Assembly (NCBI GenBank): GCA_001797275.1
Contig: MGOY01000036.1
Span: 36,361-100,360 of the forward strand
Direction of reading: 5' to 3'
DNA: 64,000 bases
From: Clostridiales bacterium GWF2_38_85
Lineage (GTDB): Bacteria > Bacillota > Clostridia > Oscillospirales > CAG-382
Shown here: positions 26,175 through 36,616 of the stretch, piece by piece
How positions within the stretch are numbered: the first letter of the stretch is position 1
How the letters are laid out: every line of letters begins with the position of its first letter
Made by a program: the position numbers and the translations under genes
Notes under the pieces: model-generated
The model's input: the letters and a program-made list of their open reading frames with translations, nothing else
Told to the model about the DNA's origin: nothing
The model's database searches: none

Positions 26175-29100
26175 TTAATACTCAGCTACTCCATTGTAGA
26201 TAAGGTCTGCATTTCCGGTGAGCAGAACTCTGTTGTCTGTATAGTTGACAATAAGATCGCCGCCCTTGAGCTTGACGGTTATATCCTCACCCTTTGCGCA
26301 AAGTCCGTTCAACACTGCTGCTATCGCTGCCGCACAAGCGCCTGTTCCGCAAGCCCAGGTTTCACCGTTGCCGCGCTCCCAGACACGCATTTTGATTGTA
26401 TTTTTGTTAACAACCCTGATAAATTCGGTGTTGACTCTTTCGGGAAACAACGGTGAATTTTCAAACTGGGTTCCGACAGCTTCAACATCAACCGCATCAA
26501 CTCTGTCGCAGAACACAACCGCATGGGGATTGCCGACAGAAACACAAGTGATTTTATACTGCTTGCTGTCGATCTCGGCTTCCCTTGCAATGACATTATC
26601 ACCCTCAAGAAGCACCGGGATTTTTTTCGGATTCAGCTCCGCTTTTCCCATATCAACGCAAACAGATTTTACCTTACCGTCGAAGGTGTACAGCTCCAGC
26701 GATTTAATGCCGCTTGCCGTTTCTATTGTCATCGTTTCTTTTTTTACAATAGCGTTGTCGTACAAATATTTGCCGACACAGCGAATGCTGTTACCCGCCA
26801 TTCTGCCCTCGCTGCCGTCCTTGTTGAACATGCGCATTTTTGCATCGGCAATCCCGCTGTTCTCAATCAGAACAATTCCGTCGCCTCCGATTCCATAGTG
26901 GCGGTCTGCAAAGGTTATACTCAGTGATTCCGGACAGCTAATTTTGTTATCCCGGTTGTCGATATAGATATAATCGTTCCCCGTACCCTGCATTTTTGCA
27001 AAATGGATTTTCTGGCGTTCTATACGCATATTGTTGATATCGACCAACTCGGTATTATGCTCTGTATATCTGCTTGCAATTATATCAGCAAGCGAGTTGG
27101 CGGTGTCAATGGAGGTTATGCAGGCAATAGAAAGCTGTAAAGCACGTCTGTGGATTCTAATGAAGTCAATTACAGCGTTTTGTCTGCTTCCGCCGATGAA
27201 TACGATAAACGAGAGCTTGCCTTCATTCAGAAGACGAAGCGTCGTCTGCGCATTGTCGTCCTTGGGGACTATCTCAACATCAATTCCAAGCTCGCTGACA
27301 ACCCTTGCCGTGCCCGGTGTTGCGTACAACTTCATCCCTATATCATCCAGCTTCTTTGCAAGTCCAACGATTTCGAGCTTGTCCTGACCACCTGCGGTAA
27401 TAAACACGCCGCCCTTGTGACCGCTGCGCTGTATATCAATTTTATAACCTGCTGAAATCAGACCCTTGTACAACGCTTCTTCGAGGTTTTTTCCAAGTCC
27501 GAGGACTTCACCTGTTGACTTCATCTCAGGTCCGAGCGATGAGTTGACATCAAGCAGCTTCTCAAACGAGAACACGGGAACCTTAACAGCAACATATGGT
27601 GGTGTCTTGTACAAGCCTGTACCAAAGCCAAGCTCTGCGAGCGGCATTCCAACCATAACCTTTGATGCAAGCTCGACCATAGGTACTCCGGTTACCTTGC
27701 TGATATAAGGGATTGTTCTTGATGCGCGCGGATTGACTTCTATAACATAAAGCTCATTTTGATAAATCAGATATTGAATATTGACCAAACCCTTTGTTCC
27801 GAGCGATAACGCAAGGAATTCCGAGCATTCGATAACCTTTTTCATCAGCTTATCATTTATCTTGTATGGCGGATAAACAGCGATTGAGTCGCCGCTGTGA
27901 ACTCCTGCCCTCTCGATATGCTCCATAACACCGGGTATGAGAACATCCTTGCCATCCGAAATAACATCGACCTCAAGCTCTGTTCCCATAAGATACTTAT
28001 CAACAAGCACAGGATTCTCTATTCCCTGCGAAAGAATTATCTTCATATACTGCTCAACGCTAAAATTATCGTGAGCGATTGTCATGTTCTGACCGCCGAT
28101 TACATACGAAGGACGCAACAAAACAGGATAACCGAGGCTGTTCGCCGCTGATAATGCCTCGTCTGTTGTCATAACCGAAAGACCGGATGGTCTCCGGATT
28201 CCGATTTTACCAAGCAGAGCATCAAATTTTTCTCTGTCCTCAGCATTATCAATACTTTCGGCTGATGTACCGAGAATTTGTATTCCCTTGTTATGCAAGA
28301 ATTTTACGAGCTTTATTGCTGTTTGTCCACCGAACGCAACAACTACGCCGACCGGATTTTCAACAGCGATGACATTCATAACATCTTCCTGTGTCAACGG
28401 TTCAAAGTACAGTCTGTCGGCTGTGTCGAAGTCGGTTGAAACGGTTTCGGGGTTATTGTTTATAATAATGACCTCATAGCCTAAGTCCTGCAATGCCCAC
28501 ACGCAATGAACGCAGGAATAGTCGAACTCGATTCCCTGTCCGATTCTGATCGGTCCCGAGCCAAGAACTATAATACGTTTCTTACCGCTGTCGGGTATAG
28601 CTCTCGCTTCGCAATATTCGTCATATGTTGAATAGAAATACGGTGTTGCAGCGTCAAATTCCGCACCGCAGGTATCTACCATCTTGTAGACAGCATGTCT
28701 TTTATTTTGTATCTTCTGTCCCGATATTCTCTCAATTGCCTTATCGGTAAATCCGAGCTTTTTGCCTTTTAAATAAAGCTCGTTAGTCAGTTTTTCAGCT
28801 TTAAGCTGTTTGTGATAATCTACCAGCTTTTTAATCTTTGAGATAAACCACTTGTCAACCTTAGTAATCCTATTTATTTCTCCAACCGATATCCCCTGCA
28901 TCAGTGCCTCAAATATGGTAAACAGACGGGTGTCATTAAGTCCTTTTAAGCGTTCGAGAATATCATCCTTGCTGTCCGACACTTTTTCGAGTGTATCAAA
29001 TGAAATTTCTGCACCTCTGACTGCCTTCATCAAAGCAGATTCAAAAGTCTGTGCAATCGACATAACCTCACCTGTTGCCTTCATCTGTGTGCCTAAAGTG

Positions 29101-30209
29101 CGGTTTGCGGTAACGAACTTATCGAAGGGCCATTTGGGAAACTTGACAACAATATAGTCAAGAGTTGGCTCGAAGCAGGCAAAGGTTTTGCCTGTTACCT
29201 CGTTAGGTATCTCATCAAGTGTCATACCAAGAGCGATTTTTGTCGCTACCTTTGCAATCGGATAGCCTGTTGCTTTACTTGCAAGCGCAGAAGAACGTGA
29301 AACACGTGGGTTGACCTCAATAACAGAATACTCGAAGCTGTCGGGGTTGAGCGCAAACTGACAGTTACAACCACCCTCAATACCAAGTTCGGTGATAATA
29401 TCAAGTGATGCCTTACGCAACATCTGAAGCTCCTTGTCGGCAAGCGTTACAGCAGGAGCAATAACTATGCTGTCACCGGTATGAATACCCACTGGATCAA
29501 AGTTTTCCATGCTGCATACTGCGATGACATTACCTATCGAGTCGCGCATAACCTCAAACTCGATTTCCTTCCAGCCGTAGATGTATTTTTCAACAAGCAC
29601 CTGGTTGATCGGCGACATCATAAGTCCGTTCTTTGCAACGGTTACAAGCTCGTCCATGTTGTATGCAACACCGCCGCCCGAACCGCCGAGAGTAAACGCC
29701 GGGCGGATTATAACCGGAAATCCGATATTTGTTGCAGCTTTAATAACTTCATTTATATTAACGGCAATCTCAGACGGTATAACCGGCTGACCGATTTTTT
29801 GCATTGCTTCCTTGAACAGCTGTCTGTCCTCTGCTTTGTTAATAGCATCGGCATTAGTGCCAATAAGACGGACATTATGCTTTGCAAGAAAGCCTTCCTT
29901 GTTCAGCTTCATTGCAATAGTAAGTCCGGTCTGCCCGCCAAGTCCGGCAAGCAGGCTGTCGGGTTTTTCTTTTAAAATAATACGCTTTACGGTTTCCACT
30001 GTAAGCGGTTCAAGATATATTTCATCGGCAAGTGCATTGTCAGTCATTATTGTCGCAGGGTTTGAGTTGACAAGCACTGTATTTATGCCTGCCTTCTTCA
30101 ACACACGGCAAGCCTGTGTGCCTGCATAATCAAACTCGGCTGCCTGACCAATTACGATTGGCCCTGAGCCGATAACAAGCACTTTTTTTATACTTTTATC
30201 AATAGGCAT
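26175..30209 (-). CDS. carB: carbamoyl-phosphate synthase large subunit fused in frame to diaminopimelate epimerase (CarB-DapF, 1344 aa)
   Basis: Residues 1-~1060 are full-length CarB (two ATP-grasp halves plus an MGS-like domain). The last 284 aa (MRIERQKIHFAKMQGTGNDY..GNSIRC..ACGTGACA) are a complete DapF with both catalytic Cys. There is no stop between them; the junction ATG is at 27027-27029. Confidence 0.9.
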   Translation of the reverse strand: MPIDKSIKKVLVIGSGPIVIGQAAEFDYAGTQACRVLKKAGINTVLVNSNPATIMTDNALADEIYLEPLTVETVKRIILKEKPDSLLAGLGGQTGLTIAMKLNKEGFLAKHNVRLIGTNADAINKAEDRQLFKEAMQKIGQPVIPSEIAVNINEVIKAATNIGFPVIIRPAFTLGGSGGGVAYNMDELVTVAKNGLMMSPINQVLVEKYIYGWKEIEFEVMRDSIGNVIAVCSMENFDPVGIHTGDSIVIAPAVTLADKELQMLRKASLDIITELGIEGGCNCQFALNPDSFEYSVIEVNPRVSRSSALASKATGYPIAKVATKIALGMTLDEIPNEVTGKTFACFEPTLDYIVVKFPKWPFDKFVTANRTLGTQMKATGEVMSIAQTFESALMKAVRGAEISFDTLEKVSDSKDDILERLKGLNDTRLFTIFEALMQGISVGEINRITKVDKWFISKIKKLVDYHKQLKAEKLTNELYLKGKKLGFTDKAIERISGQKIQNKRHAVYKMVDTCGAEFDAATPYFYSTYDEYCEARAIPDSGKKRIIVLGSGPIRIGQGIEFDYSCVHCVWALQDLGYEVIIINNNPETVSTDFDTADRLYFEPLTQEDVMNVIAVENPVGVVVAFGGQTAIKLVKFLHNKGIQILGTSAESIDNAEDREKFDALLGKIGIRRPSGLSVMTTDEALSAANSLGYPVLLRPSYVIGGQNMTIAHDNFSVEQYMKIILSQGIENPVLVDKYLMGTELEVDVISDGKDVLIPGVMEHIERAGVHSGDSIAVYPPYKINDKLMKKVIECSEFLALSLGTKGLVNIQYLIYQNELYVIEVNPRASRTIPYISKVTGVPMVELASKVMVGMPLAELGFGTGLYKTPPYVAVKVPVFSFEKLLDVNSSLGPEMKSTGEVLGLGKNLEEALYKGLISAGYKIDIQRSGHKGGVFITAGGQDKLEIVGLAKKLDDIGMKLYATPGTARVVSELGIDVEIVPKDDNAQTTLRLLNEGKLSFIVFIGGSRQNAVIDFIRIHRRALQLSIACITSIDTANSLADIIASRYTEHNTELVDINNMRIERQKIHFAKMQGTGNDYIYIDNRDNKISCPESLSITFADRHYGIGGDGIVLIENSGIADAKMRMFNKDGSEGRMAGNSIRCVGKYLYDNAIVKKETMTIETASGIKSLELYTFDGKVKSVCVDMGKAELNPKKIPVLLEGDNVIAREAEIDSKQYKITCVSVGNPHAVVFCDRVDAVDVEAVGTQFENSPLFPERVNTEFIRVVNKNTIKMRVWERGNGETWACGTGACAAAIAAVLNGLCAKGEDITVKLKGGDLIVNYTDNRVLLTGNADLIYNGVAEY

Positions 30210-30273
30210 ATTTTATAACCATTCCTTTCACGGAAGTACATGAATAGAAAGGCAGATATTATCTGCCTGTTAA

Positions 30274-31332
30274 TCATATCATTTTTATAAATCTGTCGAA
30301 CAAAAACTCTGTATCAAGCGGTCCGGCACAAGCTTCAGGGTGAAATTGCACTGAAAACGCATTTTTATCTGTATAGTCGATTCCCTCGCAGCTGCTGTCA
30401 TTACCGTTTGTGTATCTCAGAACTGCACCATCAGGCAAGCTGTTGTTATCAACTGCATAACCATGATTCTGTGTTGTTATGAATGTTCTGCCACCGACCA
30501 AATCCTTGACAGGATGATTGACTCCACGATGACCGTAGCGAAGCTTTGAGGTTGTCGCACCGTTTGCAAGTGCGAGCAGCTGATGTCCAAGACAAATTCC
30601 GAATATAGGCTTTTTGCTGATAAACTTCTTCAACTCTGTTATACAATCTGTGTAAACAGCAGGATCACCAGGTCCATTAGACAGCATTATACCTTCAATA
30701 TTATCAGCGAGAATTTCTTCTGCTTTAGTATTTTGCGGATAGATGATTACCTTACAACCGCGTTTTGTCAATTCCCTCTCGATGTTCAACTTTGCACCGT
30801 AATCGATAAGTCCGACAGTGTGTTTTACTTCACCTTCGGGTAATGCAATCGTTTTCTCTTGTACTGTAACATACGGCAGTACATTTTCTATTTTATAGTT
30901 ATTAAGCTCTTCAAACGAAACGCTGTCCGGGTCTGCTGTTATACAAGCGTTCATAACGCCTTTTTCACGAATCATCTTGGTCAGATAGCGTGTATCGACA
31001 TCATAGACACCGGGGATATTGTTAGCTTTTAAGTAGCTATCTAAATTACCTTCACAGCGGAAGTTTGATGGAGCATCGCAAAAATCACGAACCACATACC
31101 CCTTTGCAAAGCATGCTCTGCTCTCAAAATCCTCGCTTATCATGCCGTAGTTGCCGATAAGCGGAAATGTCTGAACAATAATCTGACCGTAATAGCTGGG
31201 GTCTGTCAGTGTTTCGATATAACCACCCATACCTGTCGTGAATACAATTTCACCGATTGTATCAACATCAGCACCAAAGCTTTTACCGTAAATTGTTTCA
31301 CCGTTCGCAAGAACTATATATACTTTTTTCAT
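30274..31332 (-). CDS. carA: carbamoyl-phosphate synthase small (glutaminase) subunit
   Basis: CPSase_sm N-terminal domain and a GATase1 triad region (GICLGHQL..HG..QFHPE). Confidence 0.92.
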   Translation of the reverse strand: MKKVYIVLANGETIYGKSFGADVDTIGEIVFTTGMGGYIETLTDPSYYGQIIVQTFPLIGNYGMISEDFESRACFAKGYVVRDFCDAPSNFRCEGNLDSYLKANNIPGVYDVDTRYLTKMIREKGVMNACITADPDSVSFEELNNYKIENVLPYVTVQEKTIALPEGEVKHTVGLIDYGAKLNIERELTKRGCKVIIYPQNTKAEEILADNIEGIMLSNGPGDPAVYTDCITELKKFISKKPIFGICLGHQLLALANGATTSKLRYGHRGVNHPVKDLVGGRTFITTQNHGYAVDNNSLPDGAVLRYTNGNDSSCEGIDYTDKNAFSVQFHPEACAGPLDTEFLFDRFIKMI

Positions 31333-31355
31333 TTAAGTTCTCCTTTTTTGGAGAT

Positions 31356-32258
31356 TTATTTCATCAATGTAACGAGTACTGCTTTCTGAGCATGTAGTCT
31401 GTTTTCAGCTTCGTCAAATATCTCGTTTGCGTGAGCTTCAAACACTTCCTCTGTGATTTCCTCGCCTCTGTGAGCTGGCAAGCAATGAAGTACCATTGCA
31501 TCCTTCTTCGCCCATGACATTGTTTGAGTGTTGAGCTGATAGCCTGCAAAAGCCTTCTTTCGTTTCTCAGCTTCGCCTTCCTGTCCCATTGATGCCCAAA
31601 CATCGGTATAGACAATATCGGCATCCTTTATCGCTGTTTCTATATCATCTGTGCAGACAAAATCACCGTTTTCGCTTGCCCATTTCATTATATCAGCATC
31701 TGGCCGGTAGGCCTTTGGGCATGCTATGCTTACTGACATACCGCATTTGATACCACCGACAATAAGCGAGTTTGCCATGTTGTTACCATCACCGACAAAG
31801 CAGAGCTTTAAGCCCTTGAAGCCACCCTTGTATTCACGGATTGTCATAAGGTCGGCAAGCGCCTGACACGGATGTGCGTAGTCGGTCAAGCCATTGATTA
31901 TCGGGATGCTGCCATGCTCTGCAAGTGCTTCCACATCACTCTGTTTATATGTTCTGATCATGATTCCGTCAAGATACCTCGAAAGCACTCTTGCTGTGTC
32001 TTGAATCGGCTCACCGCGACCTATTTGCAAATCATTTGCACTGAGAAACAATGCGTATCCGCCAAGCTCATACATACCGACTTCAAACGAAACACGGGTT
32101 CTTGTTGATGCTTTTTGAAAAATCATACCGAGAGTTTTTCCCTCAAGGTGTTTTTTCATAAGTCCATGCTTCTTCTCATATTTAAGTTGATCAGCCAGAT
32201 TAAGAAGATTGATTATTTCTCCTGATTCAAGATCCGCCATCTTCAGTAAGTGTTTCAT
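31356..32258 (-). CDS. argF: ornithine carbamoyltransferase
   Basis: STRTR, HPCQ, DVWASMG and HCLPA motifs. Confidence 0.92.
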   Translation of the reverse strand: MKHLLKMADLESGEIINLLNLADQLKYEKKHGLMKKHLEGKTLGMIFQKASTRTRVSFEVGMYELGGYALFLSANDLQIGRGEPIQDTARVLSRYLDGIMIRTYKQSDVEALAEHGSIPIINGLTDYAHPCQALADLMTIREYKGGFKGLKLCFVGDGNNMANSLIVGGIKCGMSVSIACPKAYRPDADIMKWASENGDFVCTDDIETAIKDADIVYTDVWASMGQEGEAEKRKKAFAGYQLNTQTMSWAKKDAMVLHCLPAHRGEEITEEVFEAHANEIFDEAENRLHAQKAVLVTLMK

Positions 32259-33427
32259 GATTCAATAATTCCTTTCAGTATCGTTATAGCTTTCATTAAA
32301 ATGTCTTCATCTATGTTCAATGCCGGAAGCAGTCTTACTTTGTTTTTTGCTGTGAGTACAAGAACACCCTTTTTCATACATTCAGCAACTATGTCTTTAG
32401 CCGATTTTTCTGTTTCGATACCGAGCATCAAACCCATTCCGGAAACAGATTTTACGTTTTTGCAAAACAATAGTTCTGATTTGATGTACTCGCCTTTTTG
32501 AGTTACCGAAGCAAGCAGTTTATCGTCTATCCTGTTAAGCACATTCAAAGCACCTACGGCACAAATTGGGTTTCCACCAAAAGTTGATCCATGTTTACCT
32601 CTGCCGAGTGTGTCTTTTACCTTATCGCCCATTAATGCAGCACCGATCGGAAGTCCACCTCCCAAACCTTTTGCTGTTGTTACAATATCAGGCTGTATTT
32701 CGTAGTTCATGTAACAATATAATTTACCTGTTCTGCCGTTTCCGGTCTGAACCTCGTCTGCAATAAATAATATATCATTATCCGCACAAAGCTTTGCTGC
32801 TTTTTTTACATATTCTTTGTCAAGTTGATTAACACCGCTTTCGCCTTGAATCAGCTCTGCCATAAATGCTGCGATACCGCCGCCTTTGATAACAGATTCA
32901 AGCTCTGAAAAGTCGTTCGGTGTAACATGGACAAAGCCTCTTGTAAACGGGGCGAAATCGGTATGAAACTCATCCTGCCCTGTTGCCGAGAGGGTTGTTA
33001 TTGTTCTACCGTGGAACGAACCCTTCAAGGTAATGATTGTATGTCTGCCGTCGCCGTATTTGTCGTGTGAATATTTCCTTGCGGCTTTTATTGCACATTC
33101 ATTTGCCTCTGCTCCGGAATTTCCGAAGAATACATTAACCATACCGGTTTTCTCGCAAAGTAGCTTTGCAAGCTCGGCTTGTGGTGATGTATAATAAAGG
33201 TTTGATGTGTGTGCAACCTTTGAAAGCTGTGCTATAATCGCATCGTTCCATTCTTTATCCGCCGTGCCGAAAGCATTTACCGCTATACCACTGCCCAGGT
33301 CGATATATTCCTTGCCGTTATCGTCATACACCAGCGAGCCTTTCCCGTCAACGATCGCAAGGTCGAAACGATTATATGACGGAACTATATATTTTTCTGT
33401 AGTCTCTTTTATATTCAAGTTAATCAA
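32255..33427 (-). CDS. argD: acetylornithine aminotransferase
   Basis: Class III PLP aminotransferase (GNSGAEANE.., DEVQTG.GRTG, TTAKGLGGG) in arg operon context. Confidence 0.9.
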   Translation of the reverse strand: MINLNIKETTEKYIVPSYNRFDLAIVDGKGSLVYDDNGKEYIDLGSGIAVNAFGTADKEWNDAIIAQLSKVAHTSNLYYTSPQAELAKLLCEKTGMVNVFFGNSGAEANECAIKAARKYSHDKYGDGRHTIITLKGSFHGRTITTLSATGQDEFHTDFAPFTRGFVHVTPNDFSELESVIKGGGIAAFMAELIQGESGVNQLDKEYVKKAAKLCADNDILFIADEVQTGNGRTGKLYCYMNYEIQPDIVTTAKGLGGGLPIGAALMGDKVKDTLGRGKHGSTFGGNPICAVGALNVLNRIDDKLLASVTQKGEYIKSELLFCKNVKSVSGMGLMLGIETEKSAKDIVAECMKKGVLVLTAKNKVRLLPALNIDEDILMKAITILKGIIES

Positions 33428-33433
33428 ATCCTC

Positions 33434-34297
33434 TCAAATAAACATAGTACCGATGCCCTCATCGGTAAGCATTTCAATCAGTATCGAATGCTGGATTCTG
33501 CCGTCGATGATAAACACCTTCTTGACACCGCGTCTGATTGCATCGACACAGCAATCTACCTTCGGAATCATACCACCCGATATTATGCCCTCTCTCATCA
33601 GCTGAGGTGCTTCACTTACATTTATGCATGGGATCAACGAATCGGGACAATTCTTATCGCGCAGGATTCCTGCAATGTCTGTCATTGAAATAAAGCTCTC
33701 TGCTTTAAGTGCTCCGGCGATTCTTGATGCAGCGGTATCTGCGTTGATGTTGTAGACATTGCCGTTGCCGTCAAAACCGACAGTTGATATTACCGGGATA
33801 TAACCCTTTTCAATTACATCAGTAATGACCTTGGTATTTACATCGGTTATCTCACCGACAAACCCGAGTCTTTCATCCAACTTCTTTGCTGTAATCATAT
33901 GACCGTCGATACCGCTGAGTCCGATTGCTTTACCGCCCATGTTTTCAAGAAGGTTGACAAGGCTTTTGTTTATCTTACCTGCAAGCACCATTTGAACAAC
34001 ATCCGCTGTTTCGCTGTCTGTAACACGAAGTCCGTCGACAAATTCACTCTTCTTGCCCATCTTGCTGAGGGTCTCACTTATCTCGGGACCGCCGCCATGC
34101 ACAAGCACAACCTTGACACCAATGAGCGATAGCAGAACAACATCGCCCATGACTGCGGCTTTCAGGTTTTCGTTTATCATTGCGTTTCCGCCGTATTTTA
34201 TAACTATGATTTTGTTTGTGTATTCCTGTATATATGGGAGTGCGTGAATAAGCACCTCCGCGCGTTGTGCATTTGTCAAGTCCATATCTGTTACCAT
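33434..34297 (-). CDS. argB: acetylglutamate kinase
   Basis: AA-kinase fold: IVIKYGGNAM, LVHGGGP, INADTAA. Confidence 0.92.
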   Translation of the reverse strand: MVTDMDLTNAQRAEVLIHALPYIQEYTNKIIVIKYGGNAMINENLKAAVMGDVVLLSLIGVKVVLVHGGGPEISETLSKMGKKSEFVDGLRVTDSETADVVQMVLAGKINKSLVNLLENMGGKAIGLSGIDGHMITAKKLDERLGFVGEITDVNTKVITDVIEKGYIPVISTVGFDGNGNVYNINADTAASRIAGALKAESFISMTDIAGILRDKNCPDSLIPCINVSEAPQLMREGIISGGMIPKVDCCVDAIRRGVKKVFIIDGRIQHSILIEMLTDEGIGTMFI

Positions 34298-34324
34298 CCT
34301 TTAAACTTCAAAATATAGCATATT

Positions 34325-35542
34325 TTATGTTCGATAGTCGCCGTTAATTTTTACATAATCATATGTCAGGTCGCAGCCCCATGCTGTTGCTGATTTTTTA
34401 CCGTCGTTGAGTGCTATATCTATTACTATTTCACTGCAAAGCAGAACCTTTTTTGCGTCTTCTTCGCTGAACAAAATTCCAACACCGTTCTTGCAGACAT
34501 CAACTCTTCCGGCTTCCGATTCAAGCGAAACATCAACCTTTGTTACGTCAATATCCGCACCGCTGTAACCCAATGCGCAAAGCACCCTGCCGCAGTTTGC
34601 ATCCGCACCAAACATCGCCGCTTTCAACAAGCTTGAACAGATAACCGATTTTGCCGATACTTTTGCAGCTTTGGTTGTTTTTGCTCCGCTGACCTTACAT
34701 TCAAGCAGCTTTGTTGCTCCTTCACCGTCTGCCGCAATCATTTTGCAAAGTTTTACGGTTACTTCATACAATGCTTTTTTAAAGGCTTTATAAGCACTGT
34801 TTTTCTCTGTAATTTCAGCATTCCCGGCAAGACCGTTCGCCATCAGGCTGACCATATCATTTGTAGAGGTATCACCGTCAATACTTATCATATTGAAGGT
34901 ATCATCTGTTACTTCCTTTAATGCTGTTTTCAGCATTTCGGCAGAAATAGCAACATCCGAAGTCAGGAACACAAGCATTGTAGCCATATTGGGGTGAATC
35001 ATACCCGAGCCTTTGGCGATACCGCCGATTCTGCATTCCTTGCCGTCTATCTTGAAGCTTACAGCAACTTCTTTTAGCTTAGTGTCGGTAGTCATAATTG
35101 CTTCGGCTGCAACCTTTGAATCTACCGCCAGCGAATCAACAAGCTGCTGCATTCCGTTTGCTATCGGCTCTACCGATAACGGCTGGGCGATTACACCGGT
35201 TGATGCAACGATAACATCGTTTGCCTTTATATCTGTATGTTTCGCAACAAGCTCGCACATTGCCTCAGCTATCTCAATACCGTTTGCGTTACAGGTGTTT
35301 GCGTTACCGCTGTTGCAGATAACAGCCTGAGCGAAACCGTCGGCAATATTGGCTTTTGTAACATAAATAGGAGCGCCTTTTACAAGGTTCAGGGTATATA
35401 TAGCCGCAGCTGTTGCCCTGCATTCGCTGACAATCAGCGCGAGGTCGCGTTTTGATTTGTTCTTGCGGATACCGCAGTGGATTCCGCTCGCTTTATATCC
35501 TTTGGCAGCACAAACACCGCCATCTATAAATTTGAATGCCAT
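34325..35542 (-). CDS. argJ: bifunctional ornithine acetyltransferase / N-acetylglutamate synthase
   Basis: ArgJ family with the autoproteolytic ..PNMATMLVFLTSD.. site. Confidence 0.92.
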   Translation of the reverse strand: MAFKFIDGGVCAAKGYKASGIHCGIRKNKSKRDLALIVSECRATAAAIYTLNLVKGAPIYVTKANIADGFAQAVICNSGNANTCNANGIEIAEAMCELVAKHTDIKANDVIVASTGVIAQPLSVEPIANGMQQLVDSLAVDSKVAAEAIMTTDTKLKEVAVSFKIDGKECRIGGIAKGSGMIHPNMATMLVFLTSDVAISAEMLKTALKEVTDDTFNMISIDGDTSTNDMVSLMANGLAGNAEITEKNSAYKAFKKALYEVTVKLCKMIAADGEGATKLLECKVSGAKTTKAAKVSAKSVICSSLLKAAMFGADANCGRVLCALGYSGADIDVTKVDVSLESEAGRVDVCKNGVGILFSEEDAKKVLLCSEIVIDIALNDGKKSATAWGCDLTYDYVKINGDYRT

Positions 35543-35674
35543 ATTATCTCCAATAATATTATTATATTATGGGGCTTCGCCCCAAACCCCACAACCCTTT
35601 TGACAAAAGGGTTGACCTAAAATTTAAAATTAGAAATTTTAAATCGTATGATGTTTAAAGTATTTATTATTAAT

Positions 35675-36616
35675 CTATATTAATAGTCCCGTTGTTTCAT
35701 CAACGCCTGACATTATGTTCATACCCTGAATTGCGGCACCAGATGCACCCTTCCCGAGATTATCGAATAATGCCGTAACAGTTATCCTGTCATCGTTTCC
35801 GCCGATTATAATTTTCATGCTGTCTTTACCGCTCATGTCATTTGAAGCGATAAATCCATTGTAATATCCATCCGATGCAAGCTGAACTGTTATTAACTTC
35901 TGATTTTTATAATAGTTTTTATAGTACTCATATAAATTGTCGACTGTTTGCTTTTTCTGAAGCAGACATGCATGAAGTTGTATTGTTACTTCCATTCCAC
36001 TGTAATAATCAGCGACAATCGGCGAAAACAGAGGCACTTGTGCAAGTCCGCAAACTGCTGTTATCTCAGGCATATGCTTATGCTTCTGTGTCAGTGCGTA
36101 TTGTCGTGGACTATCAAACAGCGATGAGTGGTTTTCATCTCCATATTCAGCAATCATACTCTTACCACCGCCGCTGAAGCCTGTCAGTGAGAAACAGCAA
36201 AGCGGATAATCAGCTTGCATTATTCCGCCGCTTACAAGCGGATAAACTGTTGCAACAACACCGCTCGCATGGCAACCGGGAACCGCAAGTCTTTTTGCAT
36301 TAGCAATCTTTTCTCTGTGTTTATCAGAAAGCTCGGGAAAACCATAACTCCAATCCAATGCTGTTCTGTGCGCTGTTGATGTGTCGATTATCTTTGTGTT
36401 ATCGTTCTCAACCATTGCAACCGCTTCTTTTGCCGCAACATCAGGCAGGCAGAGAAACGCAATGTCAGCACTGTTTATCATCTTCTTGCGTTCGTTGTTA
36501 TCCTTGCGAAGACTTTCGTCAATCTGTAAAAGTTGGATATCACTGCAGCTTGCTAATCGTTCATGGATTCTGAGTCCGGTTGTTCCGGCACTACCATCTA
36601 TAAAGACCTTTATCAT
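35675..36616 (-). CDS. argC: N-acetyl-gamma-glutamyl-phosphate reductase (short, type-2 form)
   Basis: MIKVFIDGSAGTTGLRIHERL N-terminus, catalytic PGCHASG, 313 aa. Confidence 0.9.
   Translation of the reverse strand: MIKVFIDGSAGTTGLRIHERLASCSDIQLLQIDESLRKDNNERKKMINSADIAFLCLPDVAAKEAVAMVENDNTKIIDTSTAHRTALDWSYGFPELSDKHREKIANAKRLAVPGCHASGVVATVYPLVSGGIMQADYPLCCFSLTGFSGGGKSMIAEYGDENHSSLFDSPRQYALTQKHKHMPEITAVCGLAQVPLFSPIVADYYSGMEVTIQLHACLLQKKQTVDNLYEYYKNYYKNQKLITVQLASDGYYNGFIASNDMSGKDSMKIIIGGNDDRITVTALFDNLGKGASGAAIQGMNIMSGVDETTGLLI

Noticed and set aside
26245-30129. Many 60-217-aa ORFs on the plus strand opposite carB-dapF, and similar antisense ORFs inside argJ, argH, argG, addA/B, the HK gene and the GH27 gene.
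   Set aside because: They lie antisense to strongly conserved genes and have low-complexity S/P/A/I-rich composition. They have no RBS and no recognisable motifs. They are typical shadow ORFs.
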